Source of the DNA: a virus
Length of the DNA stretch: 64,000 nt
Virus record (IMG/VR): IMGVR_UViG_3300035182_001904
Strand: one strand, 5' to 3'
Numbering within the stretch: the stretch's first letter is position 1; each line of letters begins with the position of its first letter. Made by a program: the position numbers and the translations under genes. Positions 36,246 to 46,170 of this stretch are shown in pieces. The notes beneath the pieces were generated by a model, which was not told the origin of the DNA, did no database searches, and saw only the letters and a program-made list of their open reading frames with translations.

Positions 36246-36480
36246 CGTGAACCTTCACCTGTGGAACGGTCCTGACATACGTCACGACCGTGAGGGTCAC
36301 CTCGAACACGGTCCCGCACTTCTTGCAGGCCTCGGGGTACTTGTCGATGTCCGACAACACGTTGGCGGGCGCGTCATCCAGTGTGTACGTTGCCAACGTG
36401 CAGTCGCCGCCCTTGGACTGGAACTCGGCGCACTCGCCGCACATGGGGCAAGGCACCATGACTGAATCGAACATCCCCAT
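36229..36480 (-). CDS. zinc-ribbon phage protein
   Basis: MGMFDSVMVPCPMCG..FQSKGGDC..CKKCG. Confidence 0.7.
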   Translation of the reverse strand: MGMFDSVMVPCPMCGECAEFQSKGGDCTLATYTLDDAPANVLSDIDKYPEACKKCGTVFEVTLTVVTYVRTVPQVKVHDGKKT

Positions 36481-36482
36481 GG

Positions 36483-36653
36483 TCACTTCCTCGGTGTGAT
36501 GGTGTCCAGCAGTCGCTGGATGAGCTTGACGGCATCGCGGTCGATGTCGTGCGACTCCCAGTCCGCGTCGAGCCAGCGCTGGATCTGCTTGAGCTTCTTT
36601 GCTGACAGCGGGCCCTTGTCCGCAGCCAGTACTCGGAGGTCGACAGCTGTCAT
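36483..36653 (-). CDS. small hypothetical protein
   Basis: coupled ORF. Confidence 0.5.
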   Translation of the reverse strand: MTAVDLRVLAADKGPLSAKKLKQIQRWLDADWESHDIDRDAVKLIQRLLDTITPRK

Positions 36654-36919
36654 CGGCGCTTGTGCTCCTTCTTCTTGTAGTAGGCCTTGCGGTCGTAGCA
36701 GATGCCCACCATGTCGAGGGCATCGAAGAACTTCTCCTGCCACGGACCGATGCTCTCCATGGTCTTCAGGTTGACCATCATCCCCGAGCCGCGTCCGAGG
36801 TGTTTGTCAAACTTCAGCGCGAAGTCGACGCACGACGCGAGCGCGATCGTGGCTTTGCGGAGTTCTTGGTACTCTTCTTCGGTCCGGGTTTTCTTTTTGA
36901 CGGACTTCTTGGGCGGCAT
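36650..36919 (-). CDS. hypothetical protein
   Basis: basic N-terminus, GC3 bias. Confidence 0.55.
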   Translation of the reverse strand: MPPKKSVKKKTRTEEEYQELRKATIALASCVDFALKFDKHLGRGSGMMVNLKTMESIGPWQEKFFDALDMVGICYDRKAYYKKKEHKRR

Positions 36920-37263
36920 AGCGTGTCCTCGAATCGTTCGTGTTGGGGGCCGTCGATCTCGGGTGCTGGCATCGAGCCCGTCATCACCGCCATGCGCACC
37001 CCGACGTTGTTCCCCCGTCCGAGCTGGTTCGACAACCACCCCGCGCACGGGAACTCGGCCCCAGGCTTGGAGTAGTGGCAGGCCATCGTGTGACGCTCGG
37101 TCTCGAACAGCGTCTCGATGCCGCTGCGGATGGTGTTGGTCAGCTTCTCGTGCAGCTCAGGGATGTAGTTCGGGATGTCGCGGTCCGGGATGCAGTCGAC
37201 GCGCCACGGGCACGATTTACACTGAACGACGGTCTTGCGCTGTAGCGGGCACGCCGTGCTCAT
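36814..37263 (-). CDS. DUF6283-like Cys/His protein
   Basis: QCKSCPWR..MACH..CAGWL..N. Confidence 0.6.
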   Translation of the reverse strand: MSTACPLQRKTVVQCKSCPWRVDCIPDRDIPNYIPELHEKLTNTIRSGIETLFETERHTMACHYSKPGAEFPCAGWLSNQLGRGNNVGVRMAVMTGSMPAPEIDGPQHERFEDTLCRPRSPSKRKPGPKKSTKNSAKPRSRSRRASTSR

Positions 37264-37517
37264 GACAGGACCTCGAACAAGTGGAACACCAAGCCGCGCT
37301 CTGGCTGGAACGTACCGATGTACTTGAGCTTGTCGAGCTTGCCGTTCAGGTTCGCACCCGTCGGCAGCACGCGGAAGTGTCGCTCGACCAGATTGTCGCC
37401 TTCGTAGGCGACCCACATCTGTGCGACGCCATCCTGCATCTGCACAGTCAACACCTGCGTGTTGGCCGGGAGCTTCAGGTAGAACTCGTCGGTCACCGGG
37501 AACTTGAAGACGTTCAT
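37260..37517 (-). CDS. phage hypothetical protein (DUF7352-like)
   Basis: FKFPV..LPANTQVLTVQMQ..MW..YIGTFQ..LVFHLFE. Confidence 0.65.
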   Translation of the reverse strand: MNVFKFPVTDEFYLKLPANTQVLTVQMQDGVAQMWVAYEGDNLVERHFRVLPTGANLNGKLDKLKYIGTFQPERGLVFHLFEVLS

Positions 37518-37608
37518 CAGGTCTTCTTCTTTCGGCGATGCTCGATTGCTGCGCGGACGACGTCCTCGACGACGCATTCGTAGCTACCGCCGTTTCGACG
37601 TCGAGCGG

Positions 37609-38016
37609 TTAGTCGTCCAGCGCCGCGATGCGCTTCTGCAGCTCCTTCTCGGACAGCTCGGAGAGCTTGCCGTCCTGCTTCTCGGCGAGGATGGCCAGGA
37701 GCTTCTCCTTCTCCTGCTTCTTCGTCGCCTTGTTCTTCGCGGCCTCCTCCTCGGCGAGCTTCACGTCGATGATGTACTTGACGGTCTCCATCGCTGCCTC
37801 GCAGCGCGTGTGCGCAGCCGTCTTGGTCGTCTCGACGAAGCTCTCCTCGGAGATCTCCTTGAGCGCCTTGTTGGCGGTCTTGGCGACGGTATTGAGGTTG
37901 AAGTCGTCACGCGAGCGGAGCGGGACGTCCCACAGCTGCTCGACGGACAGCTCCCCGCGGATGGACGCGAAGCGGAGCTTGTTGCGGGTGGCGAAGATGA
38001 ACAGGTCATTTGTCAT
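37609..38016 (-). CDS. phage coiled-coil protein
   Basis: LFIFATRNKLRFASIRGELSVEQLWDVPL..KEKLLAILAEKQD. Confidence 0.75.
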   Translation of the reverse strand: MTNDLFIFATRNKLRFASIRGELSVEQLWDVPLRSRDDFNLNTVAKTANKALKEISEESFVETTKTAAHTRCEAAMETVKYIIDVKLAEEEAAKNKATKKQEKEKLLAILAEKQDGKLSELSEKELQKRIAALDD

Positions 38017-38035
38017 AGATGTCTCCGTTGCATGG

Positions 38036-38521
38036 TTAGGCGTTTGACCAGAGTTGGTGATTGATGATTCGAGAAATTGTCGAGCGAGACACGTTGAACT
38101 GGGCGGCCAGCGTATGGTGCGTGAACTTTCCGGAGGTGTAGAGAGCGCGAATCCTCTTGACGGTTTTCCATCCCAATTTGGATGAAACCCTTCCGCCAGT
38201 ACGATCACCTCTTGGGTGATTCGACCTGTTCTTCCGATACATGTCTTGCATGTTGTCGACACGTGTTCCGAGAAACAGATGACGAGGGTTGCAGCATGGC
38301 GGGTTGTCGCACGTGTGACAGACCATCATTCCAGGTGGAATCTCACCGTTACGCAATGTTCACGCTATACGGTGTGCAAGGTAGGTTTTCCCGCCGAAGC
38401 CGAGTGACCCGTAACCTTGCTTGTGCGTGCTTGCTTGCCATTCCCAGCAGTCGCGTGGGCCGTTCTTACGAACCCGGCGCCAAAAGTTGGCAGCAATTTG
38501 TGTGGCGGTGAGTTTCCGCAT
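38036..38521 (-). pseudogene. HNH homing endonuclease with C-terminal HTH; in-frame TGA at 38360-38362
   Basis: FWRRV..CWEWQ..GYG..AHRIA(stop)TLRNGEIP..HTCDNPPCCNPRHL. Confidence 0.8.
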
Positions 38522-38523
38522 TT

Positions 38524-40602
38524 TCAAGAACCGACGTGGACGTTGAACAGGCGCTGCTTCTTGCCCTGCTGGACGCGCACGAGCACGTTCGTGTGCTTCG
38601 TCGACGAGAAGCCCAAGCCCGAGAGTTGCCCGTCAGTGGGCTGGCACTTGGTCTTGTCGCCGATCACCTCGAAGACCTTGCGGTGCGGCTCCAGGCGTGG
38701 GTGCAGGAACTCGTTGTAGATGCCGCGCGTGGGTTCGTCGTTCCTGGCGCCTGCGAGAACGAAGAACGTGTGCTTGTTGCCCACGGCGTTGTCGCCCCAG
38801 TAGTTCGGGGAGAGCGTGACGGCGTCGACCTTGATGTACTGCTCGGTCGACAGCCCCCACTTCGTCTGGGAGATGTTCGACGCCGTGATCGCCGGGGCGC
38901 CCATCTCGAGGCTCTCGATGCGGCCCTCCTTCATGTGCAGGGTCACGACGTGGATGTCCTGCTTGTCGCGGACCGCCTTGTTGTAGGAGAAGTGCGAGAG
39001 CTTGCCGCCGCACTCCACCTCGATCACGAAGCCGACATCGCTGGCCTCGCGCTTGGCGAAGTTGTTGACGACGACCTTGTAGGCACCGCTCGGCATCTTG
39101 TCCATCCAGACGACGTTCTCGACGGCTTCGCGCGTGGTGCCATCGCCCGCGTTCATGTCGACGTCGAGCGTGCCGCCGGTCGAGCCGCGCTTGTTGCTGA
39201 AGTAGATGTGGTCGCGCAGGCCGCCGACGCCACGTCCCGCCGGCTCGTGGATGTGCAGGTCGAGATCGTCGAAGTTGAACCACGACAGCGACACGCGCAG
39301 GGTCGCGCCCTCGACCTTGCCGCCGGCCTTTTTCACGCGCTCGGCGATCGAGTCGGTAACGTTGCCGCCGTAGCTCCAAGCGAAGTCGTTGTTCCAGCGG
39401 AACAGCTGCTTGGGCTCCGGGTTCACGGGCGCCGTCAGCGACATCAGGTTGCCGAGGTGCTCGCCCTTGAGCAAAACCTCCATGCTCGTCGCCTCCGGCA
39501 GCACGCGCTCGACGAAGGCCTCGAGCCCGATGTCCTCGGCGCGCTCTTCGTCCTTCTTCGTGTTCGCGGGACCTGGCGTCGCCGCCTGCATGAGCACGTC
39601 GCCGATGCCACCCTTCATCGCCGGCTTGACGCTACCGTCGACCCACTTCACGTCGTTGACCGAGATGTCGTGGATAGTGGCGAAGCGGCGCTCGAGTGCC
39701 GGCTCGAGGCCCAGCGTCTCGATCGTCTCCATCGCCTTCTTCACCATGGCCGGCGTGATGACGGCCGTCGTGCGCTTGTAGTTGGTCGGCGCCACCTTGG
39801 TCTCGAAGCTCTTGACGGCGTGCTCGACGTCGACGCCGTCGGTGAGGTCTTGCACGAGAGTGCCGATCACAGTGTTGCGAAAGCGCGACGCCGGGCCGGT
39901 CGCGTGGGTCCACGTGAAGATGTCCTGCGTGCACGGCGGCATGGCTCGAAACGCATCCTGCGCCTGCATGAACTGCACGACCGCCGCCTTGTGCTCGGCG
40001 CCGCGGTACAGGTTGTTCGCCTCGATGAGCGCGAGCACCGTATCCAGCGCCGAGGGGGCAAGCTCCACGAGGCCACGCGTGAAGACCTGCACCGTCGTGC
40101 GGTAGTCGCCACGAACCTGGTCAGGCGACAGGGCCTGCAGCGTCTTGGGGATCGCGTCCGTGTGTAGGTGGTTCCAGGTCAGCGCCTTGCCGGCGGGGTC
40201 CATCGACCGCGTCGCGGCGGCGCCGAAGCTGTTCTCCTTCTGGCCGACTCGAAAGAGGTCCGAGATGCTCGCAGCGCGCACGACGTCGCGCAGCGCCGTG
40301 GTCACGACGTTGTACGGATGCGGCGCCTTCTCGGCAGCCTCGTCCCAGACGGTGCGGACGGCACCCTGGTCGTCGACGGAGACGACGTTGCCCGCGCGAC
40401 GGATGAACTGCCGGCACGTCGAGCAGTCGTGCTCGGTCTTCTTCTTGAAGGTCAGGTTCGTGCCCTCGGGGAACGCGGCCAGGTAGCGCTCCCACAACAC
40501 GTCACCGTCCACGTCGGTGACGAAGACCTGCGAGGACTTGACGATGGACTGAAAGGACGTGGTCGCGATCTTGTAGAAGGACAGGGACTTGTCGGTGGTC
40601 AC
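38524..40602 (-). CDS. large phage protein with a C-terminal YfaP/TerD-like beta domain
   Basis: 692 aa; EHDCSTCRQF; LRVSLSWFNFDDLDLH..GGTLDVDMNAG..AVENVVW. Confidence 0.7.
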   Translation of the reverse strand: MTTDKSLSFYKIATTSFQSIVKSSQVFVTDVDGDVLWERYLAAFPEGTNLTFKKKTEHDCSTCRQFIRRAGNVVSVDDQGAVRTVWDEAAEKAPHPYNVVTTALRDVVRAASISDLFRVGQKENSFGAAATRSMDPAGKALTWNHLHTDAIPKTLQALSPDQVRGDYRTTVQVFTRGLVELAPSALDTVLALIEANNLYRGAEHKAAVVQFMQAQDAFRAMPPCTQDIFTWTHATGPASRFRNTVIGTLVQDLTDGVDVEHAVKSFETKVAPTNYKRTTAVITPAMVKKAMETIETLGLEPALERRFATIHDISVNDVKWVDGSVKPAMKGGIGDVLMQAATPGPANTKKDEERAEDIGLEAFVERVLPEATSMEVLLKGEHLGNLMSLTAPVNPEPKQLFRWNNDFAWSYGGNVTDSIAERVKKAGGKVEGATLRVSLSWFNFDDLDLHIHEPAGRGVGGLRDHIYFSNKRGSTGGTLDVDMNAGDGTTREAVENVVWMDKMPSGAYKVVVNNFAKREASDVGFVIEVECGGKLSHFSYNKAVRDKQDIHVVTLHMKEGRIESLEMGAPAITASNISQTKWGLSTEQYIKVDAVTLSPNYWGDNAVGNKHTFFVLAGARNDEPTRGIYNEFLHPRLEPHRKVFEVIGDKTKCQPTDGQLSGLGFSSTKHTNVLVRVQQGKKQRLFNVHVGS

Positions 40603-40658
40603 GATGCTTTTCTCCAGTACTTGACGACGCGCACGGCGCCGCGCATTCGAGTGTGTGC

Positions 40659-40674
40659 TTTGACACGGGTCAAA
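40659..40674. promoter_or_regulatory. palindrome TTTGAC-N4-GTCAAA (operator candidate)
   Basis: intergenic, upstream of the 692-aa gene; core matches the 14255 palindrome. Confidence 0.4.
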
Positions 40675-40702
40675 AGACCCAACAGGTTGAGGATGAGGTT
40701 TA

Positions 40703-40900
40703 TCACATAAACGCCTTCGCTACGCACCACATGCACGTCGGACCCTCGGGCTCAAAGGTGATGCTCCAGAACACTGTGTCGATGCCCGAGCCCCGTCCGC
40801 AGCAGGTGACCCAGCGGTCATCCCAGCGATCGTCGAACCGCTTGACGTAACCGTAGTGGACGATCGTCGTCGCAGGGTCACGTCGCAGGGTTGTCTTCAT
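40703..40900 (-). CDS. HC3 family microprotein
   Basis: DPATTIVH..TCCG..PTCMWC. Confidence 0.75.
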   Translation of the reverse strand: MKTTLRRDPATTIVHYGYVKRFDDRWDDRWVTCCGRGSGIDTVFWSITFEPEGPTCMWCVAKAFM

Positions 40901-40914
40901 TAGATCTCCCGCGC

Positions 40915-40942
40915 AAAAAATAAGGCGCCGCAGGCGCGCCTT
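40915..40942 (-). terminator. intrinsic terminator
   Basis: AAGGCGC-N7-GCGCCTT hairpin followed by ATTTTTT on the minus strand, just after the XRE gene. Confidence 0.7.
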
Positions 40943-40946
40943 GTGC

Positions 40947-42170
<1,224 letters not shown>

Positions 42171-42182
42171 GTTTATCCTGTT

Positions 42183-42203
42183 GACACGACTTGTGGTCGT
42201 GTC
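42183..42203. promoter_or_regulatory. palindrome GACACGAC-N5-GTCGTGTC (autoregulatory operator candidate)
   Basis: lies 12 bp upstream of the XRE start codon. Confidence 0.55.
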
Positions 42204-42279
42204 TTTGGTTACGTCTTGTGCTGGTGGAGCGCAAGGTCGAAAGGGAAAGGGGAACGGACGACGTGTCCGCTCCCCGGAC

Positions 42280-42468
42280 TCACGGGCCCTTGGGCTGTTC
42301 GAGGTATGCTGCGAGCATTCCACGCACCGCCTCGTGCACCTCGTCTTCGGTGAAGACGAAGTACGGCTTGTCACCTGCTTTGATGACCCACCCGTTGGCG
42401 ATCGATGAGATTCGCAAGGAGAGTTCAACGGTCTTGCCGTTATCGATGAGCTTGAACTTGACCCCCAT
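42280..42468 (-). CDS. small hypothetical protein
   Basis: coupled ORF. Confidence 0.55.
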   Translation of the reverse strand: MGVKFKLIDNGKTVELSLRISSIANGWVIKAGDKPYFVFTEDEVHEAVRGMLAAYLEQPKGP

Positions 42469-43187
42469 CACGTCCTCTTTCTGCGCCAGACCATGACGCT
42501 CATCGGCGAATGTTTGTGCTGGTAGTCCAGCCCGCCCATCCACTCGAGCGTCACGTTCACAGCACGTGCCCATCGATGGATGAGCCGCTGGATGCCCACA
42601 CGCCGGCGTGAGTCGAGATCTTCGACGTCACGCGCAGCCTCGAACACGTCCCACGCAGACCGATTCGGTTCATCGACCTCGCGGCCGCGGAACCAGGTTA
42701 GCGATATCACCCCACCGCGGGCAAGGTGTTCGATGGTCTTCTGCACGCACGGCATGACGCTCGTGCGGTCGAAGCCCATGAAGTCGAGGTTGGCGAAGCC
42801 GATCATCGGCAGCCGTGTCACCACGTCGTTGATGTCGCCGTGCTCGACGTTGGCCCCTGGCCATTCTCGCCGGATCGCCTTGAACCCCGCGAGCACCAAC
42901 GGCTTGGCGCCTGCGTCCTTCGCCCAGTCGATGAAGTAGGTCCGTTCGCCCGGCCACTGCAGGTAGTCCCGCATAAGCAGGACTTCCGCCAGGGGTGAGG
43001 TGCCCGAGAGGGTCACTGCGGCCCCAACCCGTGGCGCCTCGAGCGCATGCCGATAGGTGAACAGCTGTGCCACGCGCTTGTCTTCAGCGTCGCCCGGATA
43101 GACGCGCGCGTAGCGAAGTCCGGTGACCGGACTGACGTTGTTGTGACGTGGGCGAGCGCGCACCGCCGTGTTCACGCGGGCACCCAC
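42468..43187 (-). CDS. SAM-methyltransferase-like Rossmann-fold protein (degenerate motif I)
   Basis: VTLSG..YFIDW..EHGDI..FANLDFMG..GGVISLT. Confidence 0.5.
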   Translation of the reverse strand: MGARVNTAVRARPRHNNVSPVTGLRYARVYPGDAEDKRVAQLFTYRHALEAPRVGAAVTLSGTSPLAEVLLMRDYLQWPGERTYFIDWAKDAGAKPLVLAGFKAIRREWPGANVEHGDINDVVTRLPMIGFANLDFMGFDRTSVMPCVQKTIEHLARGGVISLTWFRGREVDEPNRSAWDVFEAARDVEDLDSRRRVGIQRLIHRWARAVNVTLEWMGGLDYQHKHSPMSVMVWRRKRT

Positions 43188-43882
43188 GTCACGAGCTTGC
43201 GCCCGTTCTTGGTCTCGGCCTCGGCCAACTTGAGACGTCCGTCCTTGAGCATCGCCTTGATGGCGCGCACGGTGGGGTAGAAGCTCCGCTTGAGCTTCCG
43301 CATCAGGGGGCCGATGGTGAGCTTCGGCGAGTCCTTGAGGATGACGAGGATCTTGTCCTCATCCTTCTTCCGCTGCGCGGGGTCAGCGGCGTCCGCCGCC
43401 GCCTGCCGGCGGATCGTCTTTCCCGCCACGGCCGTCGCCTTGACCTTGCGCGACGTCTTGGGCATCGAGCCCGTGCGCAGCGCCCACTGCGTCTTGTTGC
43501 CTCCGCCCACACGGACCACCGTCTTGTCCGTCCTGAACAGCACCCGGACATAGGACGTGGAACACTTCACGGCCAGAGCCAGCTCCATGGTCGTCATCGG
43601 CCCCTTCACCAGCGCCTTGTGTAGCGCCTCGAGAATGTCAGGGTTCGAGGTCTTGGCCTTCGAGGTCTTCGGCGCCTTGACGAGCAGTCCGCCCTGCGTG
43701 CCGCCGTAGCCCGTCGACTTCGACTTCGGCTTGCGGCCCTCGAGGTGCTGGAGCGCCTCGGTTCCCGCCTGGACCATCTGATGTCCCTTGACGAGCATGT
43801 CGATCGCCTCGGCGTACAGAAGCCCCTTGGCGCTGATGTTGCCGACGTACTTCTTCGCGAGCTGGACCATATCTTCGGACAT
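43172..43882 (-). CDS. basic protein with two winged-helix-like segments
   Basis: ILEALHK..GPMTTMELALAVKCSTSYV..GGGNKTQW and KILVILK..LTIGPLMRKL..MLKDGRL. Confidence 0.6.
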   Translation of the reverse strand: MSEDMVQLAKKYVGNISAKGLLYAEAIDMLVKGHQMVQAGTEALQHLEGRKPKSKSTGYGGTQGGLLVKAPKTSKAKTSNPDILEALHKALVKGPMTTMELALAVKCSTSYVRVLFRTDKTVVRVGGGNKTQWALRTGSMPKTSRKVKATAVAGKTIRRQAAADAADPAQRKKDEDKILVILKDSPKLTIGPLMRKLKRSFYPTVRAIKAMLKDGRLKLAEAETKNGRKLVTWVPA

Positions 43883-43977
43883 AGATTCTCTCTTTCGATG
43901 GCTTGTGGCCATCAATGGTTAAGACAGTCGCAGTATGCGCCCGTCCTCTACACAGTCTTTTACCTGTTTCGTGTGCG

Positions 43978-44127
43978 CTATTTATAAGCGCCGCGCGTCA
44001 CGTTTGCTTTGACGGCCACGAGCGTCCCCTTGGATACATCCGGGTGCTCAGCCATCACTTGCTCGATCGTCAACCCCGGCTTGAACAAGGCGACAAGAGC
44101 CGTCTTCACTGCTAGCGGTTGAACCAC
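43978..44127 (-). CDS. mini HTH-like protein, paralogue A
   Basis: TIEQVMAEHPDVSKGTLVAVKAN. Confidence 0.5.
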   Translation of the reverse strand: MVQPLAVKTALVALFKPGLTIEQVMAEHPDVSKGTLVAVKANVTRGAYK

Positions 44128-44372
44128 GCCTTGACGGCGGCGAGGGTTCCGACGGTCACCGTCGGGTGCAGCTGCAGGACGTCTTCCGTTGGTCGGCGCG
44201 CGCGGAGCAGGCTTAGGATCGCGCTGCGTTCGATGTGATCGATTGTTGTCCAGCTTCGGTGCTTTCCGTCGGGCCACCGGACAAGCATCCTCGGAGGTTG
44301 GGGTGGAAGGCTCGGGGGCGGCACACGCGGAGTGCGTGTCGCCCGTCTCGGTTGTGCCATCAGGTTCTCCAA
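44112..44372 (-). CDS. mini HTH-like protein, paralogue B
   Basis: TEDVLQLHPTVTVGTLAAVKAW. Confidence 0.5.
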   Translation of the reverse strand: MENLMAQPRRATRTPRVPPPSLPPQPPRMLVRWPDGKHRSWTTIDHIERSAILSLLRARRPTEDVLQLHPTVTVGTLAAVKAWFNR

Positions 44373-44458
44373 TCAATGCGTCGAGTTCGGCGCGTGCTTT
44401 GCGGGTTCGTTCGAGAATCGCCCGGATAGCCGGGCGAAGCGTCGAGACCCGCGGTTTC

Positions 44459-44638
44459 TTAGCGTTTGGCAGGGGCTCGGACATTTCGCTGCTCCTGGGC
44501 GATGCACTCGAGGCACGTCACCATCTTTGGCTTGGGGTCAACCAGCCACTCACCACCCACCCACGCCCTCGACCATCCACACCAGGTGCCATGCCCGATC
44601 GCAAAATGGACCAGGCCTGCCTCGTCCGTGCATGTCAC
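44459..44638 (-). CDS. HC3 family microprotein
   Basis: DEAGLVH..WCG..VTCLEC. Confidence 0.75.
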   Translation of the reverse strand: MTCTDEAGLVHFAIGHGTWCGWSRAWVGGEWLVDPKPKMVTCLECIAQEQRNVRAPAKR

Positions 44639-44799
44639 CAAGGTGTCCACAGACGACTGATCACACACCACAGGCACGTTGGATACTTCCCAGAGCCACG
44701 TTCGGTCGCGCCCGTCATTCGTTTGTTGCAACACGTCCACTCGGGGTACCGCTTGGTCACAACATGCACGACGCCGTCGTGGTCAGTATATGTCGTCAC
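44635..44799 (-). CDS. HC3 family microprotein (54 aa, not in the ORF track)
   Basis: manual translation VTTYTDHDGVVH..WTCCN..PTCLWC. Confidence 0.75.
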   Translation of the reverse strand: MTTYTDHDGVVHVVTKRYPEWTCCNKRMTGATERGSGKYPTCLWCVISRLWTPW

Positions 44800-45334
44800 G
44801 AGGGTCCCCGCGGGCGATGCACTGGAAGCACGTTACCATGAGCTGGTCTTCGACCATTCGAAGCTTGGCGTAGCGCTCCGTGGTCATCTGATTGACGTCG
44901 AGCAGCCGGCCGTTCATGTTGCAACGTGGGCAGCTGTCGAGAGGCCAACGCGCGTGAACAACACGGGCGTCGTCCTCCAGAGGTACCGGCGTACGTAGGT
45001 AGTCCTCCACCAGGATTGTACCCCGACGAGTCAACTCACCTTCGTGCGTCAAATAGTCCGCACGTACGAGCGCTTTAAGCGACTCGCGCACGCTCAGGAG
45101 AAAGGGATCCTTCTTGGCGACCGCCCTGAGATACCTCTTTGCATGTGGAGGGAGAAGCAAGGGGTTGTCGACCTTGAGGCAGTTCGGACATGTGGGGGTT
45201 CGCGCGCCCCACTCTCCTTCTTCGTAGTACGATCCGCACAACGTCCACACGGCGCCCGGCGGTGTACGCATCGACTTCGTCTCGTGCACCACATGCCATA
45301 TGTGGCCACGTTTGACTTTGTACGACGTCTTCAT
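44783..45334 (-). CDS. protein with two HC3 modules
   Basis: GHIWH..LCG..PTCPNC and DDARVVH..SCPRC..VTCFQC. Confidence 0.75.
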   Translation of the reverse strand: MKTSYKVKRGHIWHVVHETKSMRTPPGAVWTLCGSYYEEGEWGARTPTCPNCLKVDNPLLLPPHAKRYLRAVAKKDPFLLSVRESLKALVRADYLTHEGELTRRGTILVEDYLRTPVPLEDDARVVHARWPLDSCPRCNMNGRLLDVNQMTTERYAKLRMVEDQLMVTCFQCIARGDPRDDIY

Positions 45335-45531
45335 ACACCATCCTTCGCGATGCACTGCAAACACGTCACCGGAGGTTTAGACGTCTTAGCCGGCGACGTT
45401 TCCTCATTGAGGCGAGAATGTACTTTGTCTTGCGTGAACGAAGCACGACACACCGTCAGACCGTAGTGGTCCGCGGTCTCGTACTGTTTGACCTTATGCA
45501 CAAGACCGTCTTTGATTCGCACAAACATCAT
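45331..45531 (-). CDS. HC3 family microprotein
   Basis: KDGLVH..VCR..VTCLQC. Confidence 0.75.
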   Translation of the reverse strand: MMFVRIKDGLVHKVKQYETADHYGLTVCRASFTQDKVHSRLNEETSPAKTSKPPVTCLQCIAKDGV

Positions 45532-45735
45532 TGAGGCCCTTTGACGTAATCGCCGTCCACCATCGCGATGCACTGGATACACGTGGGAAAACCTGGCGCT
45601 TCAACCTCGTAGGAGCTTTTGTAGAAATACGCCTTGCCACAGACGGGGAGGGCCCCCGCACATGCCGTAGCACCAGGGGGCGATGCCGTGGTAGTCCGTG
45701 AAGAGCGTCAGGTAGAAGTAGTGGGACTTATCCAT
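45528..45735 (-). pseudogene. frameshifted HC3 family member
   Basis: TDYHGIA in one frame and PVCG..PTCIQC in another; breaks lie near C/G runs. Confidence 0.55.
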
Positions 45736-45919
45736 CGACGCCATTCTCCCTTGCGATGCAGGTCAGGCACGAGAGTGTCTTGTCGCCGCCCCACCACTTC
45801 GCGAAGGCGACCGACTGCCCACACGCGGCGTAGACACGGTCCTTTTGTACGATGTGTCGGAGCCCGTCCTGTCCCATATAGGTACGGTCGAACGTGCGGG
45901 CTGTGCGGGTTCGCTTCAC
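45728..45919 (-). CDS. HC3 family microprotein
   Basis: QDGLRH..ACG..LSCLTC. Confidence 0.75.
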   Translation of the reverse strand: MKRTRTARTFDRTYMGQDGLRHIVQKDRVYAACGQSVAFAKWWGGDKTLSCLTCIARENGVDG

Positions 45920-46111
45920 GGAGCTAACTCTTTGCATAGGCACTGGAAACAGGTGACGGAGTCGAGCGTTTCGACGACGTCGATGCGCGGGTCACACGCC
46001 GCCGCGTATCGGGGGGTCGCTGAGTCTCCCGCGATAGAACGTCCGCCTCGTTCGATGGACGAGGCCCAGTGCGTCGATTTGATTGACGACATCTGCTTCA
46101 TCGTGCAACAT
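45916..46111 (-). pseudogene. HC3 family member frameshifted in a G6 run (46011-46016)
   Basis: removing one base gives DALGLVH..AACD..VTCFQC as a 64-aa ORF. Confidence 0.7.
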
Positions 46112-46170
46112 GCGGATGTCCCCCTTCCATGCGACGTTTACCTGATAATCGCTCGAACAACGAAACCGCC

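Noticed and set aside
38360-38362. TGA-to-Trp recoding
   Set aside because: TGA terminates dozens of genes through ATGA/GTGA overlaps and TGG is used freely, so a single nonsense mutation is simpler.
38536-40167. Long antisense or alternative-frame ORFs (also 7375-8613, 51369-52325, 54678-55664 and the 27-28 kb frames)
   Set aside because: These are shadows of GC-rich genes on the opposite strand, with no starts or motifs supporting them.
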